Positions 61,140-64,000 of a DNA stretch of 64,000 bases are shown here, piece by piece. The DNA is taken from contig OZ038378.1 of the NCBI GenBank assembly GCA_964036045.1, positions 173,414,001-173,478,000 on the forward strand. Reading direction: 5' to 3'. Under the pieces are notes generated by a model. That model saw nothing but the letters and a program-made list of their open reading frames with translations. It did no database searches and had not been told where the DNA came from. The position numbers were made by a program, and so were the translations under genes. The stretch's first letter is position 1, and every line of letters starts with the position of its first letter. This DNA comes from Eutreptiella sp. 'Long Island Sound 2002'. Taxonomy: Eukaryota; Protista; Euglenida.

Positions 61140-64000
61140 ACCCTTTTTAGGGTCTAGGGTGGACCTACCAGGTGTAGCAGCAGCAACAGCAGCAGCAAGC
61201 AGCAGCACACGCGAAATGGGTAAAAATCAGAACTCCGTCGTGGTGCTTCAGATTCGGCTGAAATTTTGGTGGATGATACCTATGGGTGTGAAGTACAATC
61301 ACACAAAGTTTGAGCAAGAAACTCAACGGTGGCGGCCTGGAACGGGATTCGCAAGTGGCGGACTTCGGTTTCAAAACATGCAGTTTAGGGCCAAAAACAG
61401 CCATTTTTGGGCCAAAAAAGCCCGGGAACCCCTTCAAAACGGCCAAATGAAGGGAAACGGTGGGTACACTTCACGTGTGGCTTGACCCTTCCGTGTCAAC
61501 GAGCTCTTTGCGGCCCTCTAACTCCATGATATGTCCCGGAAACGGCCAAAAAAAAAGCCCCCCAGAAGCTCCAAATGCCGACAGCCACAAACCAAGAATA
61601 GGCCATATCTTTGGCTACATGGCTCAAAATGCGATTCCAAGGGCACCTACTCCACCCACAACCCCCCACTTTTTGTGGTTTCCACCCCTCAGAATTGCCC
61701 AAACGGACGCCTAGACCCCAATACCTAGGCCCACTAGGCTGCGGCAAGCTGCAAGCTCAAGCCCAAACAGGTGGGTGCCCAAATGGGTCAACAGTGTCCA
61801 GTCGGGGCAAAAAGATGACTTTTCTCCAAAATGATCCTAGACCATGTGCGACGCTAAAACAAGTGTTTTTGGACCGTTTTGAGCTTGTGGTGGCCCATTT
61901 TGGTCCTCCGAAAATCCCAAAATGCCTTGAAAACGGGCTGTTTTGGGACCAAAAATGGGTCCAAAATGGGTCAAAAACACATTTTTCCAAACCTCATCCT
62001 AGACCATTTGGGGTGCACAAACGGGTGAAATGAGCCCATTTTGAGCCCATTTTGGGGCATTTTGGCCCCTCAGAAGTCCAAAAAGCTTTGAAAGTGGGCC
62101 TCGTTGTGATGGGGTTCACTTGCAAGCTGATTTCACTTTGTCAAGAGCCATCAATGTGTGAATCATTCTTGATGTCCCTCACCAATCATAGTTGATGTTC
62201 CCTCCCCCACCAGCTCGGTCCCAATATTCAGTCTTGATTTAGGGTCTAGGGTGGACCTATCAGGTTTAGCAGCAGCAAGCAGCAAGCAGCAGCAAGCAGC
62301 AGCACACGCGAAATGGGTAAAAATCAGAACTCCGTCGTGGTGCTTCAGATTCGGCTGAAATTTTGGTGGATGATACCTATGGGTGTGAGGGACAACCACA
62401 CAAAGTATGAGCCAGAAACTCATTGGTGGCGGCCGGGACGGGGTGTCGCAAATGGCGGACCTCAGTTTCAAAAACTGCAATTTAGGGCCAAAAACAGCCA
62501 TTTTTGGGCCAAAACAGCCCTAGAACCCATTCAAAACGGCCAAACAAAGGGAAAGGGTGGGTACACTCCATGTGCGGCTTGACTTTTCTGTGTCAACGAG
62601 CCCTTTGCGGCCCTCTAACTCCGCCATATGTCCCGGAAACGGCCCAAAAAGGCGCCCAGAAGCCCCAAATTTTGTGCAGATTGGCCGGCGACAGCCACAA
62701 ACCAACAACACGCCATATCTTTGGCTACATGGCTCAAAACTCGATTCCGAGGGCACCTAGTCCACCCGCAACCCCCCACTTTTTGTGGTTTCCACCCCTC
62801 AGAATTGCCCAAACGGACGCCTAGACCCCCCTACCCAGGCCCAGTAGGCTGCGGCAAGCTGCAAGCTCAAGCCCAAACAAGTGGGTGCCCAAATGGGTCA
62901 ATAGGGTCCAATAGGGGCAAAGAGATGACTTTTCTCCAAAATGATCCTAGACCATGTGCGACGCTAAAACAAGTGTTGTTGCACTGTTTTGAGCTTGTGG
63001 TGGCCCATTTTGGTCCTCCGAAAATCCCAAAATGCCTTGAAAACGGGGTGTTTTGGGACCAAAAATGGGTCCAAAATGGGTCAAAAACACATTTTTTCAA
63101 AACTCATCCTAGACCATTTGGGCTGCACAAACGGGTGAAATGAGCCCATTTTGAGCCCATTTTGGGGCATTTTGGCCCCTCAGAAGTCCAAAAAGCTTTG
63201 AAAGTGGGCCTCGTTGTGATGGGGTTCACTTGCAAGCTGATTTCACTTTGTCAAGAGCCATCAATGTGTGAATCATTCTTGATGTCCCTCACCAATCATA
63301 GTTGATGTTCCCTCCCCCACCAGCTCGGTCCCAATATTCAGTCTTGATTTAGGGTCTAGGGTGGACCTATCAGGTTTAGCAGCAGCAAGCAGCAAGCAGC
63401 AGCAAGCAGCAGCACACGCGAAATGGGTAAAAATCAGAACTCCGTCGTGGTGCTTCAGATTCGGCTGAAATTTTGGTGGATGATACCTATGGGTGTGAGG
63501 GACAACCACACAAAGTATGAGCCAGAAACTCATTGGTGGCGGCCGGGACGGGGTGTCGCAAGTGGCGGACCTCAGTTTCAAAAACTGCAATTTAGGGCCA
63601 AAAACAGCCATTTTTGGGCCAAAACAGCCCTAGAACCAATTCAAAACGGCCAAACAAAGGGAAAGGGTGGGTACACTCCATGTGCGGCTTGACTTTTCTG
63701 TGTCAACGAGCCCTTTGCGGCCCTCTAACTCCGCCATATGTCCCGGAAACGGCCCAAAAAGGCCCCCAAAAGCCCCAAATTTTGTGCAGATTGGCCGGCG
63801 ACAGCCACAAACCAACAACACGCCATATCTTTGGCTACATGGCTCAAAATGCGATTCCAAGGGCACCTACTCCACCCGCAACCCCCCACTTTTTGTGGTT
63901 TCCACCCCTCAGAATTGCCCAAACGGACGCCTAGACCCCCCTACCCAGGCCCAGTAGGCTGCGGCAAGCTGCAAGCTCAAGCCCAAACAAGTGGGTGCCC
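61140..64000. repeat. Tandem array of ~1.1 kb units derived from family A (2.6 copies, running off the window end)
   Basis: tttagggtctagggtggacct recurs at ~61145, ~62238 and ~63348. ORF-track duplicates are offset by exactly 1110 bp (62163/63273, 62313/63423). Confidence 0.95.

Noticed and set aside
61159-63957. Repeated short ORFs (MGKNQNSVVVLQ...) as genes
   Set aside because: They recur only because of the tandem duplication, differ in length by frameshifts between copies, and show no recognisable domain.

Overview
This is eukaryotic, intron-rich, repeat-dense nuclear DNA in the standard genetic code. It most likely comes from a photosynthetic euglenid, inferred from the euglenid-type bipartite plastid-targeting leader at 50265 and from polypyrimidine-AG sites directly before start codons, consistent with spliced-leader trans-splicing. 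(1) A ~29 kb minus-strand gene (33276->3931) has at least 9 phase-compatible GT-AG exons and encodes >=1359 aa. Its domain order is acidic disordered region, two CTD-interacting (CID/RPR) domains, Pro-rich linker, three KH domains, RRM, and a DUF2431/Bmt5-type rRNA m3U methyltransferase domain. (2) One intron holds a decayed APE-RT-RNaseH-CCHC non-LTR retrotransposon embedded in a (TTGTG)n microsatellite. It is interrupted by a block with five 21-nt repeats separated by dissimilar spacers. (3) 37.5-43.5 kb contains decayed DNA transposons (MULE-SWIM, an unassigned DDE-like element, and a hairpin-rich TIR element carrying a chromodomain fragment). (4) An apparently intact 5.3 kb piggyBac-like element (44114-49415) has 14-bp TIRs and ATAT rather than TTAA flanks. 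It also carries a second spliced gene whose first exon can be spliced in frame to the transposase. (5) An intronless 964-aa ORF encodes a putative plastid-targeted coiled-coil protein ending in nine Pol II CTD-like YNPTTPR decapeptides. (6) The window ends with a foldback repeat centred on (TA)n and a ~1.1 kb tandem array. I found no rRNA, tRNA or cas genes. All domain calls are by-eye motif recognition, not database searches.
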